From assembly GCA_027491735.1 (NCBI GenBank), contig JAOZGP010000006.1, positions 32,001 to 96,000 on the forward strand: DNA of 64,000 nucleotides, written 5' to 3'. The notes beneath the pieces are model-generated. The model was not told where the DNA came from and did not search any database. It saw only the letters and a program-made list of their open reading frames with translations. Numbering within the stretch: the first letter of the stretch is position 1; every line of letters starts with the position of its first letter. Both the position numbers and the translations under genes were made by a program. Positions 1 through 10,676 of this stretch are shown here, piece after piece. This stretch comes from Thermoproteota archaeon (lineage in GTDB: Archaea; Korarchaeota; Korarchaeia; Korarchaeales; Korarchaeaceae).

Positions 1-594
1 GTTCCGCTGGCCGGAGACTTCAGGATCAGGATTGCGGTCGAGACGACAGGAGGCATTGCCTACACCCAGCTCAAAGTCCACATGGGATACACCACAGGGG
101 CGAGGCTTTTACTCCTTCTACTGGTCCTCATAGTCTTCAGCCTGATATACCTGATCTACAGAACCATTAAGGGCAGAATCTCCAAGAAGAAGAGAACGAA
201 GAAGAGGATAAGCAGGGCAGAAGAACTGATAAAGAAGAGGGACAAGTACACAAAGCTCCTCAACAAACTGGAGGAGGAGAGGTCCGAAGGTAGGGTTGAC
301 GAGGAAGGATACAGAAAGCTCAGGGATGAGTACGAATCCAGGATATCTGGGGTTCAGGAGGAGCTCGAGAGGCTTCTTCCACTCTTGAACGAGGATATCA
401 AGCGTGTGACCAGCGAGGTGAGCAAGCTTGAGGACGAGGTGAGGGAGCTGAAGGCCAGGATGAGCGTGGGAGAGATCAGCAAGAGAGCAGCGATGTCCAG
501 GATAAAGCAGAAGGAGAAGATGATGAAGGAGAAAAAGAACTTTCTGTCCGAGATGAAGGTCCTGGTCAACAGGATAAGAAATGGGAGGGGATAG
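1..594 (+). CDS. 5'-truncated membrane-anchored coiled-coil protein (C-terminal part)
   Basis: Frame is open from base 1 into ORF 82..594. One hydrophobic helix (LLLLLLVLIVFSLIYLIY) is followed by an E/K/R-rich coiled coil. Confidence 0.7.
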   Translation, partial: VPLAGDFRIRIAVETTGGIAYTQLKVHMGYTTGARLLLLLLVLIVFSLIYLIYRTIKGRISKKKRTKKRISRAEELIKKRDKYTKLLNKLEEERSEGRVDEEGYRKLRDEYESRISGVQEELERLLPLLNEDIKRVTSEVSKLEDEVRELKARMSVGEISKRAAMSRIKQKEKMMKEKKNFLSEMKVLVNRIRNGRG

Positions 595-612
595 GCTGCG
601 GAAGCCCCATCC

Positions 613-1854
613 TCATATCCTCATCTTCGAGAGTATGGACGCCAGAACCTGCGGTGGATAGTCCCCCAGACCGATCACTGTGGCTCGGCTTCTCGGCCAG
701 ACAACGTCTGACTCCAGAGCTATCTCATAGTGAATGGAGAAATCGCTCGGAAGGCTGTCGACGCTTACCTCCTCTCCAGGAAACAGAACTCTGTCTATCT
801 TGATTTTATCATCCCCTCCCAGAACAACCTTCTCGACCTTTATTGGTCTGTCAGAGGAGTTCCTTATCACTCCACCCTTCTCTCCTCTGATGAGCGAGAG
901 GTGAGGCTTGAAGCTAAGCTTTCTCCCAAAGAACTGAACGATGGGCTTGGCAGAGATATCGTCATCCTTAACACTGGCCACCATCTGGAGCCTGTAGTCT
1001 ACATCAAGCACGTAGATGTATTTGTCAGAGTACTCGCCCAGGACACCCTGATACCTCTTCTCCTCTCCCTCGACATCGCTCACCTTGACGGTTACCAGTC
1101 TGCCTATGCTGTTCTCCAGAAGCGGGTCGTAGGTCTGTCCAACAATGCCTCCTATGGCCTTCGTCTGAGCCTCTTGGACAGCCTTCTGGAGGTCCTTCGG
1201 AAGGATACCTGTCAGAGTTCCAGTGGTCGACGTGAGAGTTGAGGCGAGCTTGTCCTTCACGTAGCTGAGAGCGTTGTACACCCTTCTTCTGACTCTGTGG
1301 ATGAACGCCCTCTTGTAGAGATCGACCAGCACCTTCCATCTCCTCCTCCTTTCCTCCTCGCTCATGTACTCGACGAAGCTTATCATCATCCATAGGTCCT
1401 TGAGCTCGCTTGGGTATACCTTCCTCGACACCAGGCTCGGAGGAGCCCAGGAGTTTATATCCACATCCTCAATCCTCATGTCCCTTGGGATCAGGCCGTT
1501 CTCCTTGAGAGATCTCATCAAAGATTCAGCTCTCCTCAGAAACTCCTCCTTCTTGGTCTCATGGTAGTTCTCCACAAGGAAAGCTACGAGGGACAGCGGG
1601 TTCTCGATGTCCGTTTCCATGTAGAACACCTCGAAGCCTCCCTTGCTCCTGGGTGGTATCTCCAACCGCCCGAAGTGAACCTCCCTCCCTATGAAGACAA
1701 ATGCCCTGTGCCCTCTGACGAGCTTGAGAACTCTGTCCACAGAGAAAAGATCAATCAGCGAGAATATGAGGGAGATAACAGCACCTATGATCACGAGATA
1801 GACCACGGGCAGGAGAGGTCTAAGGTCCTGCTCCAGGGAGGCTAGATCCATCAA
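613..1854 (-). CDS. hypothetical protein with N-terminal transmembrane helix
   Basis: 413-aa ORF with host-like codon usage, GGAGGG RBS and TTTAAAT upstream. No family recognised. Confidence 0.75.
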   Translation of the reverse strand: MMDLASLEQDLRPLLPVVYLVIIGAVISLIFSLIDLFSVDRVLKLVRGHRAFVFIGREVHFGRLEIPPRSKGGFEVFYMETDIENPLSLVAFLVENYHETKKEEFLRRAESLMRSLKENGLIPRDMRIEDVDINSWAPPSLVSRKVYPSELKDLWMMISFVEYMSEEERRRRWKVLVDLYKRAFIHRVRRRVYNALSYVKDKLASTLTSTTGTLTGILPKDLQKAVQEAQTKAIGGIVGQTYDPLLENSIGRLVTVKVSDVEGEEKRYQGVLGEYSDKYIYVLDVDYRLQMVASVKDDDISAKPIVQFFGRKLSFKPHLSLIRGEKGGVIRNSSDRPIKVEKVVLGGDDKIKIDRVLFPGEEVSVDSLPSDFSIHYEIALESDVVWPRSRATVIGLGDYPPQVLASILSKMRI

Positions 1855-2735
1855 AATCCCTCCTTCATGTAGAGGAAATCTATTTAAATGTCTGACTTCC
1901 TCTAGAATCCTTTAGGCTGTCTGTATACCTTATGAAGAGGCTTAACGTGGGTTCTCGGGCTCCAATCCCCATCCGAGCTTCCCAACACTCTTCACGACTG
2001 GACCTTTTAAACAGTACCTCCTCCGACGGACATCCTCCTCGCTGAGCCTTTGCCTGAGGCTCTCATGCGGACTATACGAAGAAGCTCCTCTACCACATCT
2101 GCTTTTCTCCCGAGATCCTCTGCTGTATCCAGTGAAATAGAGCCTTCCTCCTCAGATAACCCAACAACTCCGCGAGAATCCTCTCGGGGGTGGTTCTCCC
2201 CTAACTCCTAACTTCCCCTCGCTCACCTGAGCCCATGAAATTCATGCATATATAAGTTTTTGTTTACGAACGACGCGTTCCTCCGAAAGCTTCCTTTGCT
2301 GATCGCCTTTTTTGGGATCCTCAAGTCGGCACTGACTTACGATAGGCTGAAGAGGGCGCCGTGATCTCCGGAGGACCTTCATGGCCTCGAGAGCTTGGAC
2401 CACACCAGGGTGGTCACTCTCAACAAATCCCAGACGGAACCCCAACGGCGAGTCAGAGGACTTCTCAAGGATAGATGCATCTCAACCTCCCCAACTCCTC
2501 CGAAACGACCACGACATCTGTACAGTTGAGGTCGGTGAGCCCCCGTCATGGAACAAAGAACGTGGACCTCGAGATCCGGCCTCTCTCTGAACGTGGTTCT
2601 TCAAGCACCCATCGGAGATCTGGATGAGGAGGATGGCGAGCGCCTGTGTTGCAGACGCAACAGATCTCATCGATTTTGAATTATTAATTACAAAAATATT
2701 ATATATTGGATCCAGAACTGGGCTCAGGTGGTTCG

Positions 2736-3929
2736 ATGAGGGTCGTGCTCGCCTACTCCGGTGGTCTGGACACATCAGTCATGCTCAAGATGATCCAGGA
2801 GAGGCTCGGCGCTGAGGTGATCACGGTCACAGTCGACGTCGGGCAGAAAGATGACTTTGAGGCGATAGAGGAAAAAGCCCTCAAGCTGGGTGCTGTGAAA
2901 CACTACTTCTTCGAAGCGAAGAGGGAGTTCGTGGAGGGATATGTGTTCAAGGCCGTGAGGGCAAACGCCCTGTATGACGGCGCCTATCCCCTCTCATCGG
3001 CTCTAGCAAGGCCCCTGATAGTTGAAAAACTTGTTGAGGTCGCTAAGAAGGAGGACGCTGATGCCATAGCCCATGGCTGCACGGGAAAGGGGAACGATCA
3101 GGTCAGGTTCGACCTCGGGATAAAGTCCCTTCACCCGAAGATCAAGGTCCTGGCTCCCGTCAGGGAGTGGGGACTGACCAGGGACTGGGAGATGGAGTAC
3201 GCGAGGAAGCACGGGATACCTGTGAGGGATAAGATATACAGCATAGACGAGAACCTCTGGGGGAGGTCCATAGAAGGGGGATCCTTGGAGGATCCAGCAG
3301 CAGAGCCCCCGGAGGAGGTCTTCGAGTGGACTGTCCAGCCAGAGGTGGCACCAGATGAGGCGGAATACCTGGAGATCGAGTTCAAGGAGGGGGTTCCCGT
3401 GGGGATAAACGGGGAGAGGATGGATCCGGTGAGGACCATAGAGATGCTGAACTTGATCGGCGGCAAGCATGGGGTCGGGAGGATAGATCACATGGAGAAC
3501 AGAGTGGTTGGAATAAAGAGCAGGGAGGTCTACGAGGCTCCGGCAGCCATCCTGACGATAGAAGCACACAAGGATCTGGAGAAACTCGTGCTCACAAAGT
3601 GGACAACCAAGTTCAAGGAGATAGCCGATCTCGAGTGGGCATGGCTAGTCTACAGCGGCCTCTGGTTCGAACCCTTGAGGAAATCCCTGGATGTCTTCAT
3701 GGAAGAGGTGGAGAGGGTTGTCAGCGGGACCGTCAGGGTCAAACTGTACAGGGGAGGATTCATCGTGGTGGGGAGGAGCTCGGACAACTCCCTGTACGAT
3801 CTCGACATGGCCTCCTACGAGAGCTTCAGCAGGTTCGATCAAAAACTGGCTCTGGGCTTCATAGAGCTCTTTGGGGCCCAGAGCGTTGCTGCTTTCAGAA
3901 CACTGAAACCCATAAAGGTCAGCGCGTAG
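2736..3929 (+). CDS. argG: argininosuccinate synthase
   Basis: Motifs VLAYSGGLDTS, AHGCTGKGNDQVRF, YSIDENLWGRSIEG, GIKSREVYEAP. ATG at 2736 preferred over 2706. Confidence 0.97.
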   Translation: MRVVLAYSGGLDTSVMLKMIQERLGAEVITVTVDVGQKDDFEAIEEKALKLGAVKHYFFEAKREFVEGYVFKAVRANALYDGAYPLSSALARPLIVEKLVEVAKKEDADAIAHGCTGKGNDQVRFDLGIKSLHPKIKVLAPVREWGLTRDWEMEYARKHGIPVRDKIYSIDENLWGRSIEGGSLEDPAAEPPEEVFEWTVQPEVAPDEAEYLEIEFKEGVPVGINGERMDPVRTIEMLNLIGGKHGVGRIDHMENRVVGIKSREVYEAPAAILTIEAHKDLEKLVLTKWTTKFKEIADLEWAWLVYSGLWFEPLRKSLDVFMEEVERVVSGTVRVKLYRGGFIVVGRSSDNSLYDLDMASYESFSRFDQKLALGFIELFGAQSVAAFRTLKPIKVSA

Positions 3930-3939
3930 CGGTGGTTGG

Positions 3940-5325
3940 ATGTACAGGAGGGCCCTTCTCGGCGGGGAGGACCTTGAGATCCAGGAGTACATATCCTCAA
4001 TTGATGGGGACAAGGAGATTGCTGAAGAGGTCCTCCGCTGCCTCATGAACCACGTGAGAGCTCTAATGGATTGCGGACTGGCTCCAAAGGAGAAATGCAT
4101 CAGAATCCTCGATGAACTTGAGAAACTCATCAGGGATCCGAGCCCTGTCCTCTCCATCAAAGCTGAGGACATACACGAGGCCCTGGAGATGTACCTGAGG
4201 AGGAGGATCGGCGATGACGAGGGATACCTTGCTCTGGGGAGGAGCAGGAATGATCATGTTTCGTGCGCACTTAGGCTGAAGACGAGGAAGCTTCTGATAA
4301 ACCAGATAAAGGAGATCGTGAACCTCAGGAGGATAATCCTTGACAGAGCTGAGGAGCACCTGAACACCTTGATGCCGGCCTTCACCCACCTCAGGCCCGC
4401 CCAGCTCTCAACATTCGCTCACTACCTCTGTTATCTGGCGGAGACACTGTCGGACTACACGAGCTTCCTGATGCTGGCCCTCAAGATAACCGATAGATCC
4501 CCCCTAGGTGGAGGAGCAGTCTCTGGGACGAGGGTCCCCCTCGACAGGAGGCTCATGGCAAGAGGGCTCTTCAAGAAGGTCCTACATAGCTCCATCAGGG
4601 CGTCGAGCGGGAGGGACTTCATGGCCCTCACTTCGTCAATCGACGCCTGCCTTTCGGTGTTCCTCTCCAGGGTGGCCGAGGACCTGATAGTGCTCTCCTC
4701 CCCCAACTTCGGCTACCTGATCCTTCCGGACGAACATCTCTCCACAAGCAGCATGATGCCTCAGAAGAGAAATCCGGTTACGATGGAGGTTGCCAGGGCA
4801 TGGGGGTCCGAGAGCGTAGGCCATCTGGTGGCAATCCTCGGTATCCTGAAGGCCCTCCCATCTGGCTACAACCTGGACATGCAGGAGGCGAACGGCCATC
4901 ATCTGAGAGTAGTGAAGGGAACTACAGAAGCCCTCAGGATCTTCTCGAAGATCTTCAGCGGGCTCAGGGTGAACGAGGAGAGGGTGCTTGATGACCTGAA
5001 CTCGATCCCGATCCTGGCCACCGATCTGGCCGAGGAGATCTCGATGAGGACGGGTGAACCTTACAGAAAGGTCCATGAGGATATAGCTAAGATCCTGAGG
5101 GAATCCAAAGGGACTGAGGAGTTCTACTCGGAGGTCGAGGATAGGTACGGGGTCAGGATGTCCCCCGAGGAGTGCATAAGGAGGCCTGTGATCGGGTCAC
5201 CTAATCCGGATCATGTCAAGAGGTGCATTGAGGTCGAGAGGGGCAACCTGAAGAGGGATCTCATCACACTGAAGGACATGGGTTTCGATCTGGGTGAAAG
5301 TGAGGAACATGAGGGAAGCGGATGA
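3940..5325 (+). CDS. argH: argininosuccinate lyase
   Basis: Motifs GRSRNDH, MPAFTHL, SSMMPQKRNP, LPSGYNLDMQE; follows argG. Confidence 0.95.
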   Translation: MYRRALLGGEDLEIQEYISSIDGDKEIAEEVLRCLMNHVRALMDCGLAPKEKCIRILDELEKLIRDPSPVLSIKAEDIHEALEMYLRRRIGDDEGYLALGRSRNDHVSCALRLKTRKLLINQIKEIVNLRRIILDRAEEHLNTLMPAFTHLRPAQLSTFAHYLCYLAETLSDYTSFLMLALKITDRSPLGGGAVSGTRVPLDRRLMARGLFKKVLHSSIRASSGRDFMALTSSIDACLSVFLSRVAEDLIVLSSPNFGYLILPDEHLSTSSMMPQKRNPVTMEVARAWGSESVGHLVAILGILKALPSGYNLDMQEANGHHLRVVKGTTEALRIFSKIFSGLRVNEERVLDDLNSIPILATDLAEEISMRTGEPYRKVHEDIAKILRESKGTEEFYSEVEDRYGVRMSPEECIRRPVIGSPNPDHVKRCIEVERGNLKRDLITLKDMGFDLGESEEHEGSG

Positions 5326-6442
5326 CTCAGACAAAAAGGCGTTTCTCGTGCTGGAGGACGGAACCATCCTGAGGGGGAGGGGGTTTGGAGCCGAGGGATT
5401 GGTGTACGGGGAGGTGGTGTTCACAACAGCCATGACGGGCTACACGAAGTCCCTCACAGATCCCTCCTACGAGGGACAGATTCTGATCATGAGCTACCCC
5501 CTGATAGGGAACTATGGGGTTCCAAGCGAGGAGCTCACGGAGTTCGGTATTCCGATCCATAGGGAGTCGGAGAGGATACACGTCAAGGGGCTCGTCATCT
5601 CCAAACTCATGAGGGGTAGCCATTGGTCGAGCTGCATGAGCCTGGACAAGTGGCTCAGGATGGAGGGAGTTCCCGGAATCGAGGGAATCGACACGAGAGC
5701 CCTTGTGAAGAGGATAAGGGAGAGGGGAGTGATGATGGGAGCTCTGTCCTTCGGAGGTCCTGATCCGGGGGAGGTCCTCCAGAAGGTGAGAAGGATGAGC
5801 TACGAGGAGATGAACCTCGTCGAGAGGGTGACCCCGAGAAGGGTGATAGTTCACAGGACAGGAAGCAAGCTCAGGGCTGTTGTGGTGGACTGCGGGGTGA
5901 AGTACGGGATAGTAAGGGAGCTTCTGAGGAGGGGGGTAGAGGTCGTCAGAACGCCCTGCTGGTATGATCCAGTGGACGCTCTCGAGAGGTTCGGGGCTAG
6001 GGGGGTTGTCCTGAGCAACGGACCTGGGAACCCCTCCCTCCTTGAAGATCTCGTGCGCAGGGCCAGGACGCTGGTGGAGGAGGGCATCCCGACCCTGGGG
6101 ATATGCCTAGGCAACCAGATACTCGCTCTCGCTGATGGAGGAGAGGTTTTCAAGCTGAAGTACGGACATAGAGGGGTGAACAAACCTGTCAGAGACTTAA
6201 AGAGCGGTAAGGCGTTTGTCACAGCTCAGAACCATGGATACGCCGTCTCACCCGAGAGCTTGGGGGAATTCCGGGTGTGGATGATCAACATCGATGACGG
6301 GAGCGTTGAGGGGATATGCCATCCCGAGAAGCCCCTCATGGCTGTTCAGTTCCATCCCGAGGGGTCTCCAGGACCGCTGGACTCGACCTGGATATTCGAT
6401 CTCTTCTCAAGAGTGATGAGGGATAATGGTGAAGCCATCTAA
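5294..6442 (+). CDS. carA: carbamoyl-phosphate synthase small subunit
   Basis: Motifs GEVVFTTAMTGY, SNGPGNP, GICLGNQ, QNHGY, VQFHPE. Start may be ATG 5309. Confidence 0.96.
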   Translation: MKVRNMREADDSDKKAFLVLEDGTILRGRGFGAEGLVYGEVVFTTAMTGYTKSLTDPSYEGQILIMSYPLIGNYGVPSEELTEFGIPIHRESERIHVKGLVISKLMRGSHWSSCMSLDKWLRMEGVPGIEGIDTRALVKRIRERGVMMGALSFGGPDPGEVLQKVRRMSYEEMNLVERVTPRRVIVHRTGSKLRAVVVDCGVKYGIVRELLRRGVEVVRTPCWYDPVDALERFGARGVVLSNGPGNPSLLEDLVRRARTLVEEGIPTLGICLGNQILALADGGEVFKLKYGHRGVNKPVRDLKSGKAFVTAQNHGYAVSPESLGEFRVWMINIDDGSVEGICHPEKPLMAVQFHPEGSPGPLDSTWIFDLFSRVMRDNGEAI

Positions 6443-9400
6443 GGTCCTCATGATAGGCTCGGGGGCCATAAAGGTCGGGGAGGCAGCCGAGTTCGACTAC
6501 AGCGGGAGTCAGGCTCTGAAGGCCATGAAGGAAGAGGGCATAGAGACTGTCCTGGTGAACCCGAATGTGGCAACGATTCAGACAAGCCCGGAGATGGCTG
6601 ATAGAGTTTATTTAGTTCCTCTAAACGTAAAGTTCGTCGAAAAGGTCATCGAGAGAGAGGAACCGGATGGGCTGCTGCTCGGCTTTGGGGGACAGAGCGC
6701 CCTGTCCCTGGGGGTCCTCCTCCATGATCTGGGGATTCTCAAGGAGCACTGTGTTGAGGTGCTCGGAACTCCTGTGGATGGGATAAGAAGGGCGCTGGAC
6801 AGGGAGATGTTCAAGGAGACTATGAGATCCGCTGGGATACCTGTGCCGAGGAGCATGGCTGCTACAAACATGGATGACGCCGTCAGGGCCGCTGAGGAGG
6901 TGGGCTTCCCTGTCATAGTGAGAGTCAGCTTCAACCTCGGCGGGAGAGGCTCCTTCATAGCCTGGAACATGGAGGAGTTCAGAAGGGGAGTGAGGAGGGC
7001 CTTCGCACACAGCGAGATAGGGAAGATCCTGGTGGAGAGGTCCTTGAGGGGATGGAAGGAGGTGGAGTTCGAGGTTGTGAGGGACTCCGATGGGAACTCA
7101 GTCGCCGTGGCCTGTCTGGAGAACGTGGATCCAATGGGGGTTCACACGGGGGATTCGGTGGTGGTCGCCCCATCTCAGACCCTGACGGATAGGGAGTATC
7201 AGATCCTCAGAAGCACCTCCCTGAGGGTTGCCGAGGCGATAGGTCTCGTTGGGGAGTGTAACGTCCAGTTCGCGCTGAGCCCTGGATCAGAGGAGTTCTA
7301 TGTGATAGAGGTCAACCCAAGGATGAGCAGAAGCAGCGCCCTCGCCAGCAAGGCGACCGGCTACCCCCTGGCCTACATATCGGCCAAGCTTGCCCTGGGG
7401 CACCGTCTGGATGAGCTGATGAACGGGGTGACAGGAGCAACGACGGCAGCTTTCGAGCCAAGCCTGGATTATGTGGTCGTCAAGGTGCCGAGATGGGACC
7501 TTGAGAAGTTCGAGATGGCTGAAAGGGTCGTTGGCTCCGAGATGAGGAGTATAGGGGAGGTCATGGCCATAGGGAGGAACATCCACGAAGCCCTTCAGAA
7601 GGCGTTCAGGATGGTGGACATGGGGGATGAGCTCATAGGAAACTACTACGAGAAGGACGAGCCACTGGATAAAGTTCTGGAGAGGATAAGGTCCTACAGA
7701 CCGTATGTGCTGATGCACGTGGCCAAGGCCCTGAGGCTCGGAGCCAGCGTGGAGGAGGTGAACGAGATCACTGGGATAGACAGGTTCTACCTCTACGTCA
7801 TCGAGGACCTCGTCAGGATAGCTGAAAAGCTCAGATCTGGCAATACTGATGTCGTTGAGGAAGCTAGGAGGCTTGGTTTCAGTGATGAACAGATAAGAAA
7901 GCTTACCGGTGGAAAAAGCGTTCCTGGAGGATTTAGCGTGAAGCAGATAGACACACTGGCTGGCGAGGTTCCTGCGAGAACCAACTACCTCTATCTGACG
8001 AGGGATGCATGTGAGCATGACGTCTCGAGCTCGAGCAGGCCGAAGGTGATGGTCCTCGGTGCGGGGGTGTTCAGGATCGGCGTGAGCGTTGAGTTCGACT
8101 GGGCCGTCGTCAACTTCGCCAGGGCTGCGAGGAGAAGGGGCTACGAGGTTTTGGTTCTAAACTACAATCCTGAGACGGTCTCGACGGACTGGGACGTCAA
8201 CGACAAGCTTTACTTCGATGAGATATCCCTTGAGAGGGTCCTGGAGATATACGATTTCGAGAGACCAGAGGGGGTCGTTGTGTTCGCTGGCGGTCAGCTC
8301 GCCAACTCCCTGGCTAAGAGGCTTGAGGAGAAAGGAGTCATCCTTCTGGGAAGCTGCGGGATCAGCGTGGACTCAGCTGAGGATAGGTCCAAGTTCTCAA
8401 AGCTTCTTGAGAGCCTCGGGATAAGACAACCTCCCTGGATCGAGGCGAGGAGCGTGAAGGAGGTCCTGGAATTTGCCGAGGAGGTCGGATATCCTGTGAT
8501 GGTCAGGCCAAGCTATGTGCTGAGTGGGACGGCGATGAAGGTAGCGAGCAACGAGGAGGAGCTGAGGGACTACCTTATGAGGGCTGCGAAGGTATCTCAG
8601 GAGCACCTAGTAGTGGTCTCGAAGTTTCTGGACGCATTGGAGGCGGAGCTCGATGCTGTCTCGGATGGAAGGAGCGTCGTGGGGGTCACCCTGGAGCACA
8701 TTGAGAGGGCTGGGATCCACAGCGGGGACTCGACCATGGTCACCCCCTGCAGGATCTTGAAGCCGGAGAGCCTGAGGAAGATGCATGAGATAGCCCTGGA
8801 ACTTGCCACAAACCTGGAGATAAGGGGTCCCTTCAACCTTCAGTTCCTGATTAACAAGGAGGTTCAGGTTCTCGAGCTGAACCTCAGGGCCAGCAGATCT
8901 ATGCCCTTCTCCAGCAAGTCAAGAGGTGTGAACCTGATGGAGCTGTCGGCCCAGGCGGTTCTGGATGGAAAGCTCTCAATTGGGATTGATGGAGAATACG
9001 TGGAGGTTCCAGCTAGGGATTTTGCTGTTAAGACCCCCCAGTTCTCCTGGTCTCAGATGAAGGGAGCATATCCATGCCTGGGCCCGGAGATGAGGTCCAC
9101 CGGCGAGGTTGCAGCGCTCGGCAGGTCATTTGAGGAGGCTCTGCTCAAGAGTTGGCTCTCGGCCAGGCCGAACAGGATGCCGGAAAGACGCGTGCTCATA
9201 TACGGCTATGAGGACAGGGATCTCCTCCAGGAGGTTGCCGAGGGGATCAGCTTTGCGGAGGTGATCACAGTCGACAGCTCCCTCGACATCCCGTCGGTCG
9301 ATCAGAAGACCGCCAGGAGGATGATGAGGGACGGGGCCATAGACCTCGTGGCCACATCCGGTCACAGCATATCCAGGGACTACTGGCTAAGGAGGACTGC

Positions 9401-9560
9401 GGCGGACCTCAACATCCCACTGGTCCTGGACGCAAGGCTGGCCTCGGAGCTCTTCAGGGCGATGGGGATGTTCATGGAGAAGGAGCTCGATGTAAGGGAG
9501 CTCACGGAGCACTGGCCAGTCCTCGAGACGAGCAGGAGTTGCGCATGGCACAAAATTTAG
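6426..9560 (+). CDS. carB: carbamoyl-phosphate synthase large subunit
   Basis: Motifs GEAAEFDYSG, IEVNPRMSRSSALASKATGYP, NPETVSTD, RPSYVLSG, LGPEMRSTGEV. Confidence 0.97.
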   Translation: MVKPSKVLMIGSGAIKVGEAAEFDYSGSQALKAMKEEGIETVLVNPNVATIQTSPEMADRVYLVPLNVKFVEKVIEREEPDGLLLGFGGQSALSLGVLLHDLGILKEHCVEVLGTPVDGIRRALDREMFKETMRSAGIPVPRSMAATNMDDAVRAAEEVGFPVIVRVSFNLGGRGSFIAWNMEEFRRGVRRAFAHSEIGKILVERSLRGWKEVEFEVVRDSDGNSVAVACLENVDPMGVHTGDSVVVAPSQTLTDREYQILRSTSLRVAEAIGLVGECNVQFALSPGSEEFYVIEVNPRMSRSSALASKATGYPLAYISAKLALGHRLDELMNGVTGATTAAFEPSLDYVVVKVPRWDLEKFEMAERVVGSEMRSIGEVMAIGRNIHEALQKAFRMVDMGDELIGNYYEKDEPLDKVLERIRSYRPYVLMHVAKALRLGASVEEVNEITGIDRFYLYVIEDLVRIAEKLRSGNTDVVEEARRLGFSDEQIRKLTGGKSVPGGFSVKQIDTLAGEVPARTNYLYLTRDACEHDVSSSSRPKVMVLGAGVFRIGVSVEFDWAVVNFARAARRRGYEVLVLNYNPETVSTDWDVNDKLYFDEISLERVLEIYDFERPEGVVVFAGGQLANSLAKRLEEKGVILLGSCGISVDSAEDRSKFSKLLESLGIRQPPWIEARSVKEVLEFAEEVGYPVMVRPSYVLSGTAMKVASNEEELRDYLMRAAKVSQEHLVVVSKFLDALEAELDAVSDGRSVVGVTLEHIERAGIHSGDSTMVTPCRILKPESLRKMHEIALELATNLEIRGPFNLQFLINKEVQVLELNLRASRSMPFSSKSRGVNLMELSAQAVLDGKLSIGIDGEYVEVPARDFAVKTPQFSWSQMKGAYPCLGPEMRSTGEVAALGRSFEEALLKSWLSARPNRMPERRVLIYGYEDRDLLQEVAEGISFAEVITVDSSLDIPSVDQKTARRMMRDGAIDLVATSGHSISRDYWLRRTAADLNIPLVLDARLASELFRAMGMFMEKELDVRELTEHWPVLETSRSCAWHKI

Positions 9561-9634
9561 TTTTCTGAAGCAGATGATACGAAAGAATTAAATTTCCTCT
9601 TTGGGCTTTTGAGAATCGCTGGTGAGGTGGTCGC

Positions 9635-9796
9635 ATGGCCGAATGTCCCGTGTGCGGATTCAGGATAGACCTAAATGAGGTTCAGGTTCATGAGGTGGTC
9701 GAATGTCCCGCGTGCGGATCTGAGCTTGAGATTGTCTCCATAGATCCAATGGTCCTCGAGGAACTCCCTGAGATAGAGGAGGACTGGGGAGAGTAG
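9635..9796 (+). CDS. lysW: amino-group carrier protein LysW (not in ORF track)
   Basis: Manual translation gives MAECPVCG...ECPACG...EIEEDWGE*, 53 aa: two CxxC motifs and the diagnostic C-terminal EDWGE. RBS GAGGTG. Confidence 0.96.
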   Translation: MAECPVCGFRIDLNEVQVHEVVECPACGSELEIVSIDPMVLEELPEIEEDWGE

Positions 9797-9824
9797 CAGA
9801 CAGCCGGGAAGGAGGAACCTCCAG

Positions 9825-10661
9825 ATGAGGATAGGAATAGTTTACACGATCCTGAGGCAGGAGGAGATGATGCTGAAGGAGAGGGCCAATGACCTCGGGG
9901 ACGCAGTCATGATAAACGACAGGGAGGTGATCCTCCCGAGAGGCCGGGCGAACCCTGACCTCGATCTTGATCTGGCCATAATGAGAAGCGTGAGCCATTT
10001 CAAGGGCCTCTACCTCGCCAGGCTGTTTGAGGAGCTTGGAGTCACCACTCTGAACCCCTTTTGGATCATGCTTGAGGCCGGAGACAAGTTGCTCTCGACC
10101 CTCAGGCTCAGAAGGAAAGTCCCGGTTCCGAGGTGGAGCGTGGCATTCGACAAGGGGTCGGCCATGAGGGCTGTAGAGAACATCGGGTATCCGGCGGTGA
10201 TGAAGCCCGTCTTCAGCAGTTGGGGGAGGATGGTGAGCAAGGTCAACGACAGGGATGCGGCGGAGGCCCTGATAGAGCACAGGTCTTGGATGGGAAACCC
10301 ACTTCACAAGATCTACTACATTCAGGAGTACGTCGAGAAGCCTGGGAGAGACATAAGGAGTCATGTGATAGGAGGGGATTTCATAACGGCCATATACAGG
10401 TGCTCCGACCACTGGATAACCAACACCGCGAGAGGAGGGAGGGCAGTTCCGTGTGACGATGAGGAGGTGAGGGAGATCTCTGTGAAGGCCTGGGAGGCGT
10501 TCGGCGAGGGAGCCCTGGCCTTCGACATATTCGAAGGAAGAGGTGGCCTCCTGGTGAACGAGGTGAACCCAGCGATGGAGTTCAAGAACGTTGTGAGGGT
10601 GACCGGTGTGGACATAGCCGGTAAGATAGTTGAGTACGCCGTCAGCATAGCAAGGAGGTGA
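9825..10661 (+). CDS. lysX: LysW-amino acid ligase LysX/ArgX (RimK-type ATP-grasp)
   Basis: Motifs KPVFSSWGR, YIQEYVEKPGRDIR, WITNTARGG, NEVNPAMEFKN; adjacent to lysW. Confidence 0.93.
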   Translation: MRIGIVYTILRQEEMMLKERANDLGDAVMINDREVILPRGRANPDLDLDLAIMRSVSHFKGLYLARLFEELGVTTLNPFWIMLEAGDKLLSTLRLRRKVPVPRWSVAFDKGSAMRAVENIGYPAVMKPVFSSWGRMVSKVNDRDAAEALIEHRSWMGNPLHKIYYIQEYVEKPGRDIRSHVIGGDFITAIYRCSDHWITNTARGGRAVPCDDEEVREISVKAWEAFGEGALAFDIFEGRGGLLVNEVNPAMEFKNVVRVTGVDIAGKIVEYAVSIARR

Positions 10662-10676
10662 GGAGGGTGAAGGAGC

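Noticed and set aside
2668-2682. LysM-like operator upstream of argG (CGATTTTGAA)
   Set aside because: Partial similarity only, with no matching second site upstream of lysW.
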